A stretch of DNA of 64,000 nt from Clostridiales bacterium. GTDB lineage: Bacteria; Bacillota; Clostridia; Christensenellales; UBA1242. The stretch is taken from positions 513,999-577,998 of the forward strand of contig SVHV01000001.1 in assembly GCA_015055605.1 (NCBI GenBank), read 5' to 3'. Shown here one piece after another: positions 20,869-35,800 of this stretch. The notes beneath the pieces were generated by a model. The model had not been told where the DNA came from and did no database searches. It saw only the letters and a list, made by a program, of their open reading frames with translations. Position 1 is the first letter of the stretch. Each line of letters begins with the position of its first letter. Position numbers and translations under genes: made by a program.

Positions 20869-23800
20869 CTATGAATTACACGAACGATACCCATTGTATA
20901 GACGGTCATAGGTTGTAAGATTATCTATCTTTAAATTATACTTACCCGAAGCTCCAGCATAATTCGTATGAATAAATATAGTATAATAATTTAAAGCATC
21001 AATATTTAAATCGTACAATTGTATATTACTGATATTTCCCCTATTACCAGCAACGAATCCAATAACATATTTACAATAAGGAGCCCAAACCTTAATTCCA
21101 ACATCATCTTCTACTCCAGTAGCTCTGTATCCCAACTGGATACCATTAATTTTAGCCCCATAGTTATTGAAATAAATCGGAGCAAAGAATGTATCTTGTT
21201 CATCATATACTATGGATACTCTTCTAAAGATAATATTAGCCATAACACCCTGATTATTATAAACTAACATGTCTTTTTTATCACCTTTTACAAAGTCAAT
21301 AATAGGCTTATTATTCACAGCTGTACATGTATAATCATCACCATCTAATTCCCAAACCTCATGATACAATCCCACAATCATCGCGGAAGAGTTAAGTGAG
21401 AATTTAGGCAACAATTCAGGATTTACTTCTATATTATTAAGAATAGCAACAACTGTATTGTGAGGAATATAGTAGTTTTGAGTAGCAAGAGATGTAATAT
21501 ACTCAACCAAATCTTCACCCTTAACAATCCTAATAACATTATATTTAGGCGTAGTTGTCTCATAGAAGTGAATTTTATAGGTAAACAAGTAATTTGAAGT
21601 AGTCATATTAGATCTAAATGAAGTTACATAATTAATATCAGTGCTTGTTCCTGTTAAAGATGTACCTGTCTGATAATATATATGCATAACCATTGCACCA
21701 GCAATATCTTTCATACCTCTAATCTGAGCATGGTCATTTTCTGTAGTCCAGATTGATGTTCTAGCAACAGTAAATGTTGGAATCATTTTCTTATCACAAC
21801 TAGTTACAATACCCTTAATAGTTTTATCAACATCTACACCTGCCTCTTTTACAACATTCTTTTTGTAATAACCCTTCTGAACATTGTCAAATTCTATCAT
21901 TTCAGGGATATAATAGAAACAATTTAGAAGCGTTCCCTCTGTAGGATCTAGATAGTTAAAACCATTATCTTTAACTAGATATACATCTGTAGTCTTATTA
22001 TTATTCTCAGTATATCCTGCACTAGCCGAATAACAATCGTAGATGTGTCCTGTATTAATCATAGCAAATGCATATATCTCAAACTGATCACCCAAATACA
22101 CATTTGCTGTAGCTGACTGATATATTCTACCAGAATTTTCTCTTGCAAATCCATATTGAGATTTAGTTCTCTCATAGACATATACATTAGTAATCAAACC
22201 TTCGTTTCTATCGACTAATGAAACATTTAATTCTTGCATCTGAGAAGCATTAGTAGGATTTTGTTTTGCTGTAGCCAAATAAATATTAGATATAACACCT
22301 TTATTTATATCAACTAGGTATCCTGCTTCTACACTATCTGGGCTATGACCTAATGATACCCTAACCTTGCCATTATATACAGTCTTACCAGAAATATATG
22401 AGTCTGATTGTAATTGAGAAATCTCAGCAATTACCATATTAGACTGTACAACTGCATACTTCTCTCCGGCATAAGTTGCAGTATTATCAGCATTAGCTAT
22501 CAGGCTCTTCACCTTAAATCTGCTATAGCCATCAGATACATTATCTACAGGCACACGAATAGGAACATTACGAAGAGATGATACAACTGGCAAGAACACA
22601 TTAGCACTTGCCTCTGTACCTACACTATTAACAACCTTAATATTTGCTAATTTAGTTGTCATAGATATATCATGCAATGCAGCATAATAGCTTACTGAGT
22701 TATATATATCTCCTATAGCAAATCCAACAAACTTAGAATCTGTAGTATAATTATTACCTATAAATTCTTGAGCATAGAATACATTATTAATTGTATTTAC
22801 GCTATTGTTTGTTGTTGCAGAAGTAATTACATTTGTGTAATACGAACTCGCAGTCTTAGTATCGAAGTTAAACATACAATAGGTATATCCATTATTTCCA
22901 TTAAATGTTCCCCTATTATAACCAATTATACCTGATACATAAGTGTTTTGAAGTTTGCCTATAAATCCAGAGCCAAACTTAAAGTCACTCAATACAGCAA
23001 ACTTAGACAAATCACAAGAGAATGAAATGTGTCCAATCAAACCACCCATTGCATAATAAATAGTTTCTGGCACAGTACGATGCGAACTACCTAAGATAGT
23101 AAGAGCTCCACTGGATAATACACCCTCGAAAGTTGCTTTTCCAGAAGCACTACCTAATAGTCCTCCCACATAAGTATATACATACTCATAAGTGAACACA
23201 TATTGGCCATTTCCATCTAGTTTTTGTGTAATGCCATCTTCTTCATAAACTGGTGTTTTTGTACCTACACTTATATTTTTCACATTGATATCTGCTGTAT
23301 TGTATGCATTGTATGCTTTTGTTGACTCATCAGCCTTACCAACTAGTCCTCCAACAAACATCGACTTTGCTTTACCAACAACAAGTAATTTACTAGCGTT
23401 ACCAATAATTGAATCATCAACCAACTCACCTACTTGAGATGCATTAAGGTCTCTACCTATTATTGCACCCACAGACAGTTCAGCCAATTCAATTATACTA
23501 TCAACTTCTATTAAGGTAGTTTCACTATATCCTTCCTTAATGTAATCAATCAATTGGATACCAACATATTTAGTATTCTTAGATACGCCTGCTACTGCGC
23601 CTAAGTTTACTATGTCAGCCACCTCTACATTAGAAGTATGCATATACTTCAATTTCATTGTCTCAAAATAACTACTACTTAATGCAGATAATTTAACATT
23701 TGAGTTATAAGCATAACCAAATAATCCAGAAATGCTCTTATTCATAGCTTGGGTATTTGCCGATACGAGTGGATCATAAACACCCATTGTCTTATCGGTA

Positions 23801-26800
23801 ACTTGAATAGTTTGAGCATACTCTACGGCTGTACCAGAGCCTTTCACTCTATTATTATTGTATGTACTATTATTTAATGTACCAATAACACCACCGATAT
23901 AACTAGTCCTCTTAGAAATTTTTTCAATTGTTAATTTAACAACAGAATTTCCATTACCCTTAATATGGAATGTGTTATCTGTGAATTTTGTTCTATATAC
24001 AGAACCAGCAATCAAACCAAGGCTCTCAATATTCTCATTATTGATAACAATTTCTTGACTATTAACAACAACACTGAAAGTACTATTTTTAATTGTTGAA
24101 TTAGAGATAGAACCAAATAACAATCCACTATTAACTGCATTATAAGTACCATCTGCACCTGTACCAGGAACTTTTGAGTCAAATGTTGGTTTTTGTGAAG
24201 TGCCACTAAACTCAAGAGTGATAGTACAATTATCAATTGTCACATTTTCTACTGTATTTGCAAGTACACCAAAATCAGCATAATCTTTATTTGATAATGA
24301 CAAGTTATTATTTGTATTTTCTACCCTAACCACAATATCTAAATTAGTGAAGCTTGCACCACTAATGAAATTAAATACAGTAGATAGTGTGTTGCTAGCA
24401 ATCTTAAATACAATAGTTGGTCTAACCTGACTACCACTAATGTTTACACTTTCACCAACAAATACAGACCTAACTGTCGCAACATACTTAATACTTGCTG
24501 CGTCACTCATTTCAATTACAAATTCTTTTACAGTACCTGCGTCATAAAGGTTATGATTATTCTTATACGCATCTTTTTCTGCTTTTGTTCCAGCAACTAG
24601 ATAATATGTCTTATCATTTGTACTAGAATTTAAGATATTGTTAAGTTTATTAGAATCTTCTTCTGCATATAAATATTCAACAGAGATTAGTGTGCCATCA
24701 TTGATTTTTGGTAGAACAGCATCAATTTCCCACATAGGTTGAATTGTTTCTTCTACAAAGACCCTATTGTCAACATTTGCACTCTTATATCTATCATCAC
24801 TATAGCCCTTGAAGATATTGAATGTTCTAGAATATGACAAGTCTCCTGGTAGAACTCTATAGAACACACCAGTTAGCTGTTCTGTATATTCTTGTCCTGT
24901 AAATATTCTACTAAACGCAACTCTATCTAAGTAATCAGATGAATTAGCCACCATAAATGCCAATTCAACATCATTGTATTCGATATCGCTGTCAAGATAT
25001 GGGATACGATAACTATATAGTTTAGCATTCTGCTCTGCACCTACACTTAGGTCAAATGTTTCACCAAAGTATGTGTCATTTCTATCACCATTTTCTAGCG
25101 TTCCCTTACCCTCTTGTGAGTATAATCCATAAGTTGAACTAAATACATGATTGATATTATTCTGATTAGCATATAGAGCATCTAAATCAGAAGAATATAA
25201 GAATTCTTCCCTATCTTCATCAGAACTAGTTGGGAATATATAAGACAAGCCAACCACTGAACCAACATAAACCTTTGAGTGAGAAATTGTATATTTCTCT
25301 GGGATATTATAGATATGTTCTGAGATATATTTTTCCTTAAGTTTTTTCTCATATTCTGCAGTTGATAAAGAACCAACCACGCCTAATACCTGCTCTTTCA
25401 AATATGCTTGTCTTTCATCATTAGACACTTGACCATCAGTATTTGCATCCATTTGATCAATAGTTACACCAGTTAGATAGAATGTTTCTAATTGTGCAAT
25501 ATCTAGGTTATAGTCTTCTAGATGAGATTCTTCATATCCATTAACATACTTGTCTGAACCAACAACATTATATGTTAAGAACAAGTCTATATTTTGGTTA
25601 CCAACTTCAGGCATCTTTAGATAGAAATTATCATAACCTGTTTCATTTACATATAAGGACTTATAATTATTATATAATATCAATGATATATTATCTCTAT
25701 ATGTCTGCCAATCATTTAGACCAACAACTGTATTCATATATAAGATATCTGAGCTCAATGAATATTCTTCTGAAACCTGAAGACCTACTACACCACCCAT
25801 TACAGTTCTTGCATAAACTGCACCAGTTGAATAAGTAAATCCAATATAGTTAGAGCCATCTGCATATCCAACTACACCACCAGCAATAAATGCAAGAGGT
25901 TGGATAACATTTGCTTTTGTATACGAGTCAATAATCGCACCATTCTTTGAGTATCCAGCAATTCCACCTACTGCTACATTGTAGAAATTGCCATCACTCA
26001 TACTAAATAGATTAATTGTACCATTATCTCTATCTACATTGTTTGTAATTGTAGCATCTAATTCGTCCTGCTCTGCTTCTGCGTGTGCAACGAAACATTG
26101 TTCTATGACACCATGGTTTTCACCAACAATACCACCAGCAAAGTTCCAACTCTTAATAAGCTGAACAGAAGAGCCCAATTCAAATTTACAGTTCTTAATT
26201 CTACTATTTTCACTTAAGTAACCAAACAATCCACCAGCGTTATCTGCAGTTTTGATTGTAATAGCATTCTTAACTAAAATATTATCAATTGAACAAGCAG
26301 ATGATAATGTTCTATAGTCATTAATATCTATAGAATTTTTAGCTAAATCATCAAGGTTATTAGCAATAAGCACACCTGCTACTGCTCCGGCATAAGAGAC
26401 TTTGTTTGCATCCTTAATACTTACAACATTATTTACATCTGTTTCTATTTTGAGCGATGCAAAAGATTTACTGTCTCTTGTATTATTCTCTCTATTTAGG
26501 ATATTGAATGTTTTATATCTTCCAAAAGATTCATCTGTTGTGAAACCATCAATTTCACCACCAATACTACTATATTCTGCTGAAACAGTAATATTCTCAA
26601 TAAGCACATCAACGATAGATACTTTACTTTGACCATCTGCTATAATAACACCTGCCAAAGCACCTGCCATATTAGTTGCTGAGATAGACACACCATTACC
26701 ATTAATAGCAACATTAGTAATAGTTGCATTCCTAATAGTTCCGGCAAGAACACCTGCTCTACTATTGTTATTACTGTTATATGAACTTAGAGTCATTGTT

Positions 26801-29800
26801 AAATTCTTAATAACAGTTTGTGATGTTGACATTGATGTATCAACACCAACTTGCTTAAAGATACCGAAGTTCTCTAATTGTGTTGAGTCTGTGTCAATGT
26901 GTAAATTATTCATTGACATACCATTACCATCTAACTTACCAGCAAAGATGGTTTCGTATAGATATTTACCTTCAACCTTATTAGATGTTGTGATAGATGA
27001 GAAATCTAAATTATTAACTAATCTTACATACTCTACTGCTGAGATAATATCGAGAATATCTCTAGAGCTAACAGCTCCGAAGATATATTCACTACCTACA
27101 GCCCTACCTCTATTAATAATCTTAGCATCAAAGTATTTAGCAGATTCTATCACTAATGGGTTTCCCTTAGTTCCTTCTTGATAAGCTGAATCGTATAAAT
27201 AACTATATTGTTGGAATTGAATAATTCCGTCTTCATCAGAAATCTCCTCAATCTGGTCAAGAATTCTGAACGAATTTGTATCTGTAAGAGTTGTAACAAT
27301 CTTAGGTAGTCCATCTCTTATTGTCCAGATACCATCTTCCTCATTAGCGCCAGATTGTGATGCAAATGAGAATCCAGACCAAAAGTCTGATAACTGTGAT
27401 GTTTGTGAAGCATCAAAGAATTCAATATAAACAGGAGTTGCTGCCTCTTTCTCATTCTTTTCTTCACCAATATCTACTAGATAATAACAATTATCATAAG
27501 TACCAAAATTCTGAACAACTCTCTGAAGAACACCAGTGAATTGACCATAAGCTAAGTTATTTCTATTAACAGATGTTGAGTATGAACTAGAAATGTTACC
27601 ATTGTTAGTAAATACAAAACCTGCAATAAATGAACTTTGTGTCTCTAAGTATACATTAGCATAACTATTTTTGATAGTTTTGTTATTAGTAAATACCAAA
27701 CCACCAACATTACCAATAGCCTCAATAGTATCCTTACGGTCTGTTTCACCAGGATATCTACCAGTTGCTCTATAGTCAACAATTTCTGCACCCTCTACAA
27801 AACAACTTGTGATAATATTATTATTTGTACCAACCAAACCAGCTGTAATACTATTAGTAACTGCTGGATATGTATTATATACACCTAATCCTTTAGCATA
27901 AGTATTACTAATAGTACCATCATTTCTCATTGCTACACCAGCAATATTATTTGCTCCAGCAATAACAAATGGATGAACTTGAACTTCTGTCATTTCATCA
28001 TATCTATTATGATACTCTATACTATCTGGACTGGTTACTGTTGTAATATAACTTCTTAATTCTGTAACAGAAGGAGCAACTGTAACCACTTGTTGATTAC
28101 TAATATTAGTACCTAAGAAACTATTACTAATTGCACCAGTAGTTGCGTTAACACCAACCAAACCACCAATATTACTTGTAGTCAAGTTGCCATCTTTATC
28201 TATTTGAGATGTTAATACATGCAAGTATTTATTAGTAGAAACAGCTGTATTAAATGCTTTTGTATTTACAACTTTAGCATTTGTAATAGAGCCCTCGTTA
28301 GTTCCTGCCAAAATACCAAAATTCAATGTAGTAACAAATGTTAAGTCAATAACTCCAGCCTGGTCATGCACATATTTGTCTGCAGTAGAATTATTAACAA
28401 TATTTGCATTATTAATCATTGTTGTTTCATCAGTTAGAATATGACTAACATCAATAATTAAGTTCTTTAGTAATGTATTTACCCCTACAGTTGTAAATAT
28501 ACCAGCATTTACATCAGTAGTTGTTCTGATATTTGACATATTGAATGACTTAATAATAATTGAATATCCATTACCATCCAAACTATCAAATGATACTGGG
28601 ATAGGCTCCCATTCTTCTAATACAATATTATTAACTAAGATATAGTGACCAGTAGTACCAGCATAAGCCTTTAGGTCTGCTTGATTCTCTATAGGAGTTG
28701 GATGTGTATCAGAAGAATTATCTTTAACTACCACTCTAAATTGAATATAGTCATCATAATATATACCATTATTTGATGGTCCAGGTACTGCTCTACCCTC
28801 TTCATAATGATAAGGAACTGACATTCTAAGTAGGCTATCACTTGAGATAGATACACCTCTAAGTAATGTATATAAAATCTCAATAACAGGGTCAATATTG
28901 TCAGGGTCATAACTAGACCTATATATATCAGTAAGAATTTCTATTCCACCATGCACACCAACATTACTTATAGATGTTAGTACTTCTTCATTACCTCTAT
29001 ATGTTACTTTATATAGATTTAAGATTCCTCTAGTAAGAATAGTTTCTACACCACCAACAATCTCAGTAACTGTTGTACCAGCAATAGCATACTCAACTAA
29101 TTGTTTAGGTGAGAATGTTTCACCAACATTACCATACTTATAGTAAGTCTCAAGTCTAGCAATATGCTCTTGAATTAAACGATTTTTACCATTAGCATCA
29201 AGTTCTGTATCTAAGGCAACTTCTATATCGGCATATTCAAAGTTAAGTCTTAAAATCACACTCTGACCATGGTTAATTGTTAATTCCGTTTCCCCTGTCT
29301 CAGGGTTATAATTACTATCTTGAAGGGTAACACCAGAAATCTCAAACTCTACAGGACTAATCCATAGTTCTGCTTTGGTTGTCTCCAATACTCCCCAAAC
29401 ATACTCTTCACCTGTCATGGTTAAGGTATAAATATCAACAGTGTCAAGCTCTGAATAAGCATCAACTGCAAGACATAGATAATATATCCTACCCTCATCA
29501 AGATACTCAATACTTAATGATGCAACTCTCTCACCTGTATCATCTACAACGAATAGATATTCGCTACTACTACTTAGCATTATATCATTAGTAAGACCCT
29601 TATATCTAATATCTATAGCTTTCTTTACACCAACACCCATATATAGAGTAGAAGAACCATCTATTTGAGCGATAAGTGATGGAAGCTCTGCAATAGTAAG
29701 AACTTTATATTTAGGCTCGTCTAAAGTTTCTTTTACATTTCCGTCAGTCTGAATTGTATAAGATGTAACCTTAATCTCTACTACAGGATTGTAGTCATAT

Positions 29801-32800
29801 TGTGGGTCAGGACTAATAAAGTCTGAATAATCTGTAGCCTGTGCAAGAGTAACTTTTACATAATATGTATTATTGAAGTAACTTTCTGTGCTTGAGTTAC
29901 AGGTTAATTTTTGAAGTCTAAGACCAAAGTAGTCACTAGTTTCAACAGGGTCAACGAAATCAAGACTTGCATAATCATTAAACTCTGTAGCACTACCGTC
30001 TCCGGCACCAACCATTACACCTGCCATCTGTTCAAGTTTCACATATCCAGCATATTTCTTATCTAATGTAACAGTCACATAACTACTATTATTAAACTCT
30101 TCGGCTAAAGTTATTTTTAGAAGACCGTCTCTTCCTGGAACAATAAAGTTAGATTCGTTATCATTAGGATAAGTATTTTCTGTATTTCCTAGTAAGCCTT
30201 CGCCTCTAGTATAGTAATTCATAAAGATATCTGTTAAGCTCGCTGGAGTAATTTTTACTAATGTTGTATCTATTACTGCAGAATTCTTAAGAGCATAAGG
30301 AGCATATCCATTTACAGCATCTAACATAAAGTTACTATGAGGAATTACATTAATATCAAATTTAACTGAATTTAGGTCATATTTATTAGCATTTGCACGG
30401 TAGAACTCTTTATCAAATGTTACAGTCATTTTGATAAATATTTTATATGTATTAGGTCTAGAATCAACATTGACATCAGTGCTTTCGATATCAAAACCAT
30501 GTACATATATATTAATCAATTCGTACTTGAATAAATATGGAGTAATATTTGTACCATCATTGAAGTAATATGTTTCATCTACAGGAACAGACAATCCCTC
30601 TAACTCGATGATTTTTAGGTTAGCATAGTTTATTTTGCTACCAGACAAACCAACATCTAGATAAACATCTTCGAGTAGCGAATATCTAACATCTCCACCA
30701 CCGAAGTCATTCATGATTACATTGCTAGTTTCTACTGTAGATATGATTTCAAAACCATTCTTAGAAGAAATACCAGCAGTCTTTGTATCATTATCAACAC
30801 CTATTGCTCTAGCATTAACAATGATAACATATTCATTTGCAATATCTAATTTTGCTTTATTAAGAATGTATACATTTGTACCAGTCTTTTCGGCATTCTG
30901 GAAGCTAATTTCTGTACCATTAGCAGTTGTATATACATCTTCATGATAGATATCAGCTAGTTTTAGATATGGTGTTAACTTAAATCTAACATATCCAATA
31001 GTCTCACCAGTGGCTTTCATGACACTGTCGCCATCTAATAGATAGGTATTGTTATCACCGTCTATATATTTATATAATTTACCATCAAGTTTAATTGCAC
31101 CATTATTAGCAAGAGGTTCAGCTGCATCATAAGGAAGAATCTCTAAGATATATCCTATATCTTTAGTAGATAGATATCCTTCACTATCAATAGCTGCAAT
31201 TTCAAAGTTAGAAAGCTCATCTATATACACTATTCTACGATTGTCATTAGTTCCAGCAGGAATCTCTGGTATCATCTCAATCTTATTAGTATCAACAATG
31301 TCGTACATCTTAATTGTATCTACACTATTAATAACTTTAACTGTAATAGATGTTTTAATTGTTTTGTCTAGATAACTTCTAATTTCGATAGTTGCTACAC
31401 CCTCTTTTCTTGGATATACTCTATTATTTACAAGCTCTAGAACAGAATTATTATTCTTAAGTAGAATTTCAATCTGGTCATCTATCTCAATATCTACTAG
31501 ATATGTATCAATAGTCTCACCATTGAATGTTACCTTAATAGTAGCCTTATCACTACCCTCTGAATTTTCTACCATTATCTCGTAGAAATCTTCACTATAA
31601 ACACCTTGAGCTGTTTTCTTAACAAACATAATCATTTGGTTATGTCTAACAGTTAGCTCATCTGTGTACGAAATATCGAATACATTTTTATTTTCTTCAT
31701 TAACAATGATACCAATTCCTGTTGGAACTAGGTCATACATTGCTAAACCATTAGCAGAAAGCAAGATAGGATAAGCATTTCCACCAGCAAGGTTGATTTT
31801 TTCATGATAGAACCAAGCATAATCTTGAGCTGTCATACTACCATCTTGTTCACCAGTAGTTAATTGATAACCCAACTTTCTAAATAAGCTTAATGTATCA
31901 GCAGCAACTGCATCATCAATAATCTTCTGCATTGAATCAATATAGCTAACAACTGATGCATTAGCAATATAATGTCCCAAGTCATTAACAACTGCATACA
32001 CATCATTAAAGATGATATCATTAACAATTGCTGAAGAATATGCAACACCCAAAAGCTCATCATTTGGTAATAAATATTCAAAGCCACCAACAAATCCATT
32101 AACTGGCTCTATTGTAGTCGAAGCAACAAACTCAACTGTTTCACTGACTACTGCTGGGTCTTCCCTACTATCAGTTGTTTTAGTTGTTAAATTATAATAC
32201 AACTTACCAACGCCATAACTGTTAGTAATTAAACCCATACCAACAGAACCAAATAATAATCCGGTTGATGCAGGATAAATATTAGTTTCTAATGTTTCAT
32301 CATCTGTAATCTCGATTTGCTTTGTAGCATCAACCATAATGTCACCATCATAGTATGAGCTCATAACAACGATTGCACTAGAATTCTTAGCAGCATTTGC
32401 AACAAGTGCACCAGCAATACCACCAACACTTGCTTCTTCACAATTTGTAACAACTATATTACCGGCATAATTACCTTTCTTAATATCGCTATTATAGAAA
32501 CTTCTTACATAAGAATATCTAATAGTCTTATCTTCATCTCCAGATAATACACCAACAAGACCACCAACATTAGTTTCTACCATACCAGTAACATAGATAT
32601 TAATTTTCTCTTTTTGAGAATAATCATCACCTAGATTTACAAAGTATACTTTTGAATTAGTAAGTGCACCAGCATTTAATTGACCGATAACACCACCAAA
32701 GTTTCCTACTTCAGAACCTCTAGTCTCTACTGCAATTACTGGGCTTACTTGTAGACCAGATATAGTTTTGCCATCAGCATCCATAATACCAACGACACCA

Positions 32801-35800
32801 CCAATATTTTCGGTGTTTGCTATAACTTTGGACCTAATAGTAGATACAACTTGTAATGTTTGAACATTAAGTGTTGTTAATTTACCTATTACACCACCAA
32901 CTACTTGACTATCAATAGTACCACCTAGGTCTATCTCTATCATTACATTATTGCTAGTAGCAGCCATACCTGCAATAGCAGACTCAGGCCTATTCTTAAT
33001 TGAGCCACCATCTGCAGTATCTGAGCCAACCATACCACCTATAAATAATGATACATTAGGAGCAGTCATTTGTGTTCTAATGCTACCTGACACAGATAAA
33101 GAAGTAATATCTGAACCTTCGATTCTACCTGCTAGTATACCTACATGGATATTATTTGAATCAACAATATCTGTACTAGAAGCTAGAGAGATTCTAGAAT
33201 TAAGTATTGCTAAATTATCTATTGATACAGCCTTACCAATCTTTCCAAATAATCCTATAAACATTTCGTTAGAAACTCTATTAAGAACTTTGTTTATATT
33301 CAAATTATAGATTCTATTGTAAGTGCTAATTTCTTCACCATTTCTACTATAAGTGTGTTTACCAGACAATGAGAAAATACCTTTATCTTGTTTAAGCACA
33401 TCAAGTATAGGTAAAACCTCACCATAAAGATTTAAGTCTCTTGCCAACACATAGTAATAATATCTTGACTTTGTGTCGGTAGGAAGGGCTGTATTTGCAG
33501 CTTCAATATCGGCAAACATATCTTTGAGGTCTATATTAGATTTAATCTCAAAAGGTAATGCCTTTGAGCCATCTGCGACTTTAACTCTAATAGTTTGATT
33601 AAGCGCATCATTATAGAAAGTATATCCTGATGCAAGTGAATAATTTGAAACATTATCTTTAGGGATAATAGTTAATTCATATAATTCACCATTCAACATA
33701 TTATCATAAGTATCAATTATAATCTTGCCAGTAGCACCAGAACCATATTCAATAGTTGTAATATAATGATTGGTTGTTCCACCAATAATTATCATCTCTT
33801 TGTTGATACAATCTGCATTGTCAATAGTATACTCAATAACCTTATGTTGTTGTCCATCTCTAATATCGAAGTAAACACCATCATCATCAATATTAAGCTT
33901 TAAAGAATTGATTTTTGATGCATAACAACAAGTGTAATTAAGTGTATTGATATTAGTTAATCTCTCGAACTGGTTAGCATAAACATTAACAACAATACTA
34001 TAGTCTTTGCCCATAATATAGTTATCTAAGAAAGATTGAATCTTATAATTAAGAGGAGAAATACCACCATAGTAAGCCTCTATCCACTCAATAAGTTCAA
34101 TACTTAATTTACACCTTACTTCACAAGTATAAATAAGTGTTTCTGGTACAGATGCTGGAATGACCTCAAATAAGTCACCATAAGTCAACTCATAATCGGC
34201 ACCAGACAAGTTTGATTGAATAACAACAGGTCTTCCATTCTTGTCTTTTACAGCCTCATTTAACATTCTGCAGTCATACCACAAAGTAAGTGGCTGATAA
34301 TCACCAAACTGGGTATTCCAAATAGCACCCAGATTATTCTCTGATGGACTAAATGATGCCCTAATAAGATTTTTAGATAAATCTCTAGTTGCAGAACTTC
34401 CCTGCTCTGGCTCAGTTCTGTCAAAATAACTCAAGCTATCATAAACATATAGATTAGCAGATTTTTCAGATAAAATGTTTACACCCTGTAATGGATTATA
34501 AATGTAAATATAAACTTGATGTTCAACAATAACCTCTGCGTAAACAGGATTGTTATCGCCATCTAATGTTTCGTATCCACCAGTATACCTAACAGTCATA
34601 ATAATAGGAGTTGCTTTATCCACAACCAACCTATGCAATGATAGTACGCCATTATTATAAGTTACATAACCATCATTATTGAATGAAATCCTTACCTTGT
34701 TTGTAATATCATAAGGCTCAAGGATATTATCGATATATGTAAAGTCATAGAATGAAATATCAATAGTTTTACCCACAATACCAAATAATGTTTTAACAGA
34801 ATCGTAGGAACCTAAGATACCCATATTGTTAGACATAATCAACATATCGCTATGAGCTGCATAATCTTCATAATCTGAACGACCTGATACCCTATATAGA
34901 TATCCACTACTCTTTTCGTTAACTGTAATAGAAATAGGAACAGGAGCCTCTGGAGTATGGTGTGAATAAATTGTTGGCATATATGTAGTAATATTTACAT
35001 TACCCACTACACCATTCTTCGCAACCATTCTAACTTTGGTCATACCCTCTTTTCTATCATCATTACATTTAGCAATGATTGAGGTACAAGCATGTCTCTC
35101 ATTAGGAGTATACTCTGTAATAGTAATTAAACTCTTGTCATATTCAAGGGTTGAAATACAAGATTCAATGTTTTGACCTTCTGGCAAGGTACATAGCACA
35201 ACACCCTTACTAGGGTCACTGCCTTCGATATAGTCTGAATTTGTTAAATCAATATGGAAATCTTTATTTACAAATTCAAATGACCTAAGTCCCATTTCAA
35301 AAGTAACATAGAAAGTCTTACTCATAAGCAAGTTGTAGAATGCAGCACCCAACTCAGACTCTGTATAAACAGAATAGTAACTCTCCCCACACAAATTAAT
35401 CGAAACGCCAACTCCTAGTGGAACAGATGTAGAAGGTAATGTTGTAAACGAATGACTCAAATAGAATGAATCTGTTGGATTAAACTTAGTATAGTTTTTA
35501 CCCTCAACCGTAGAACTAAGTAATGAAGTTGCTGGTGAGAAATTTGCAAAGACTAAATTTTCTGTTGATCTAGCAGTATTTAAATTTACATTTAAAATAT
35601 CCTCATAATCTCTACAGAAAACATAATATTTATAATCTCCAACTTTAGTATTTAGGTCAACATCAATTCTTTGACCCTTAGAATTTGCATAAAAATCATA
35701 AATTGTAAAGTATGGAGTAGACTGAGATCCATTAATCAAAATATCTGTTGGCAGGTCTTGTACAATGAACTTCACTGTTACTCTTTGATCAAACAAATGA

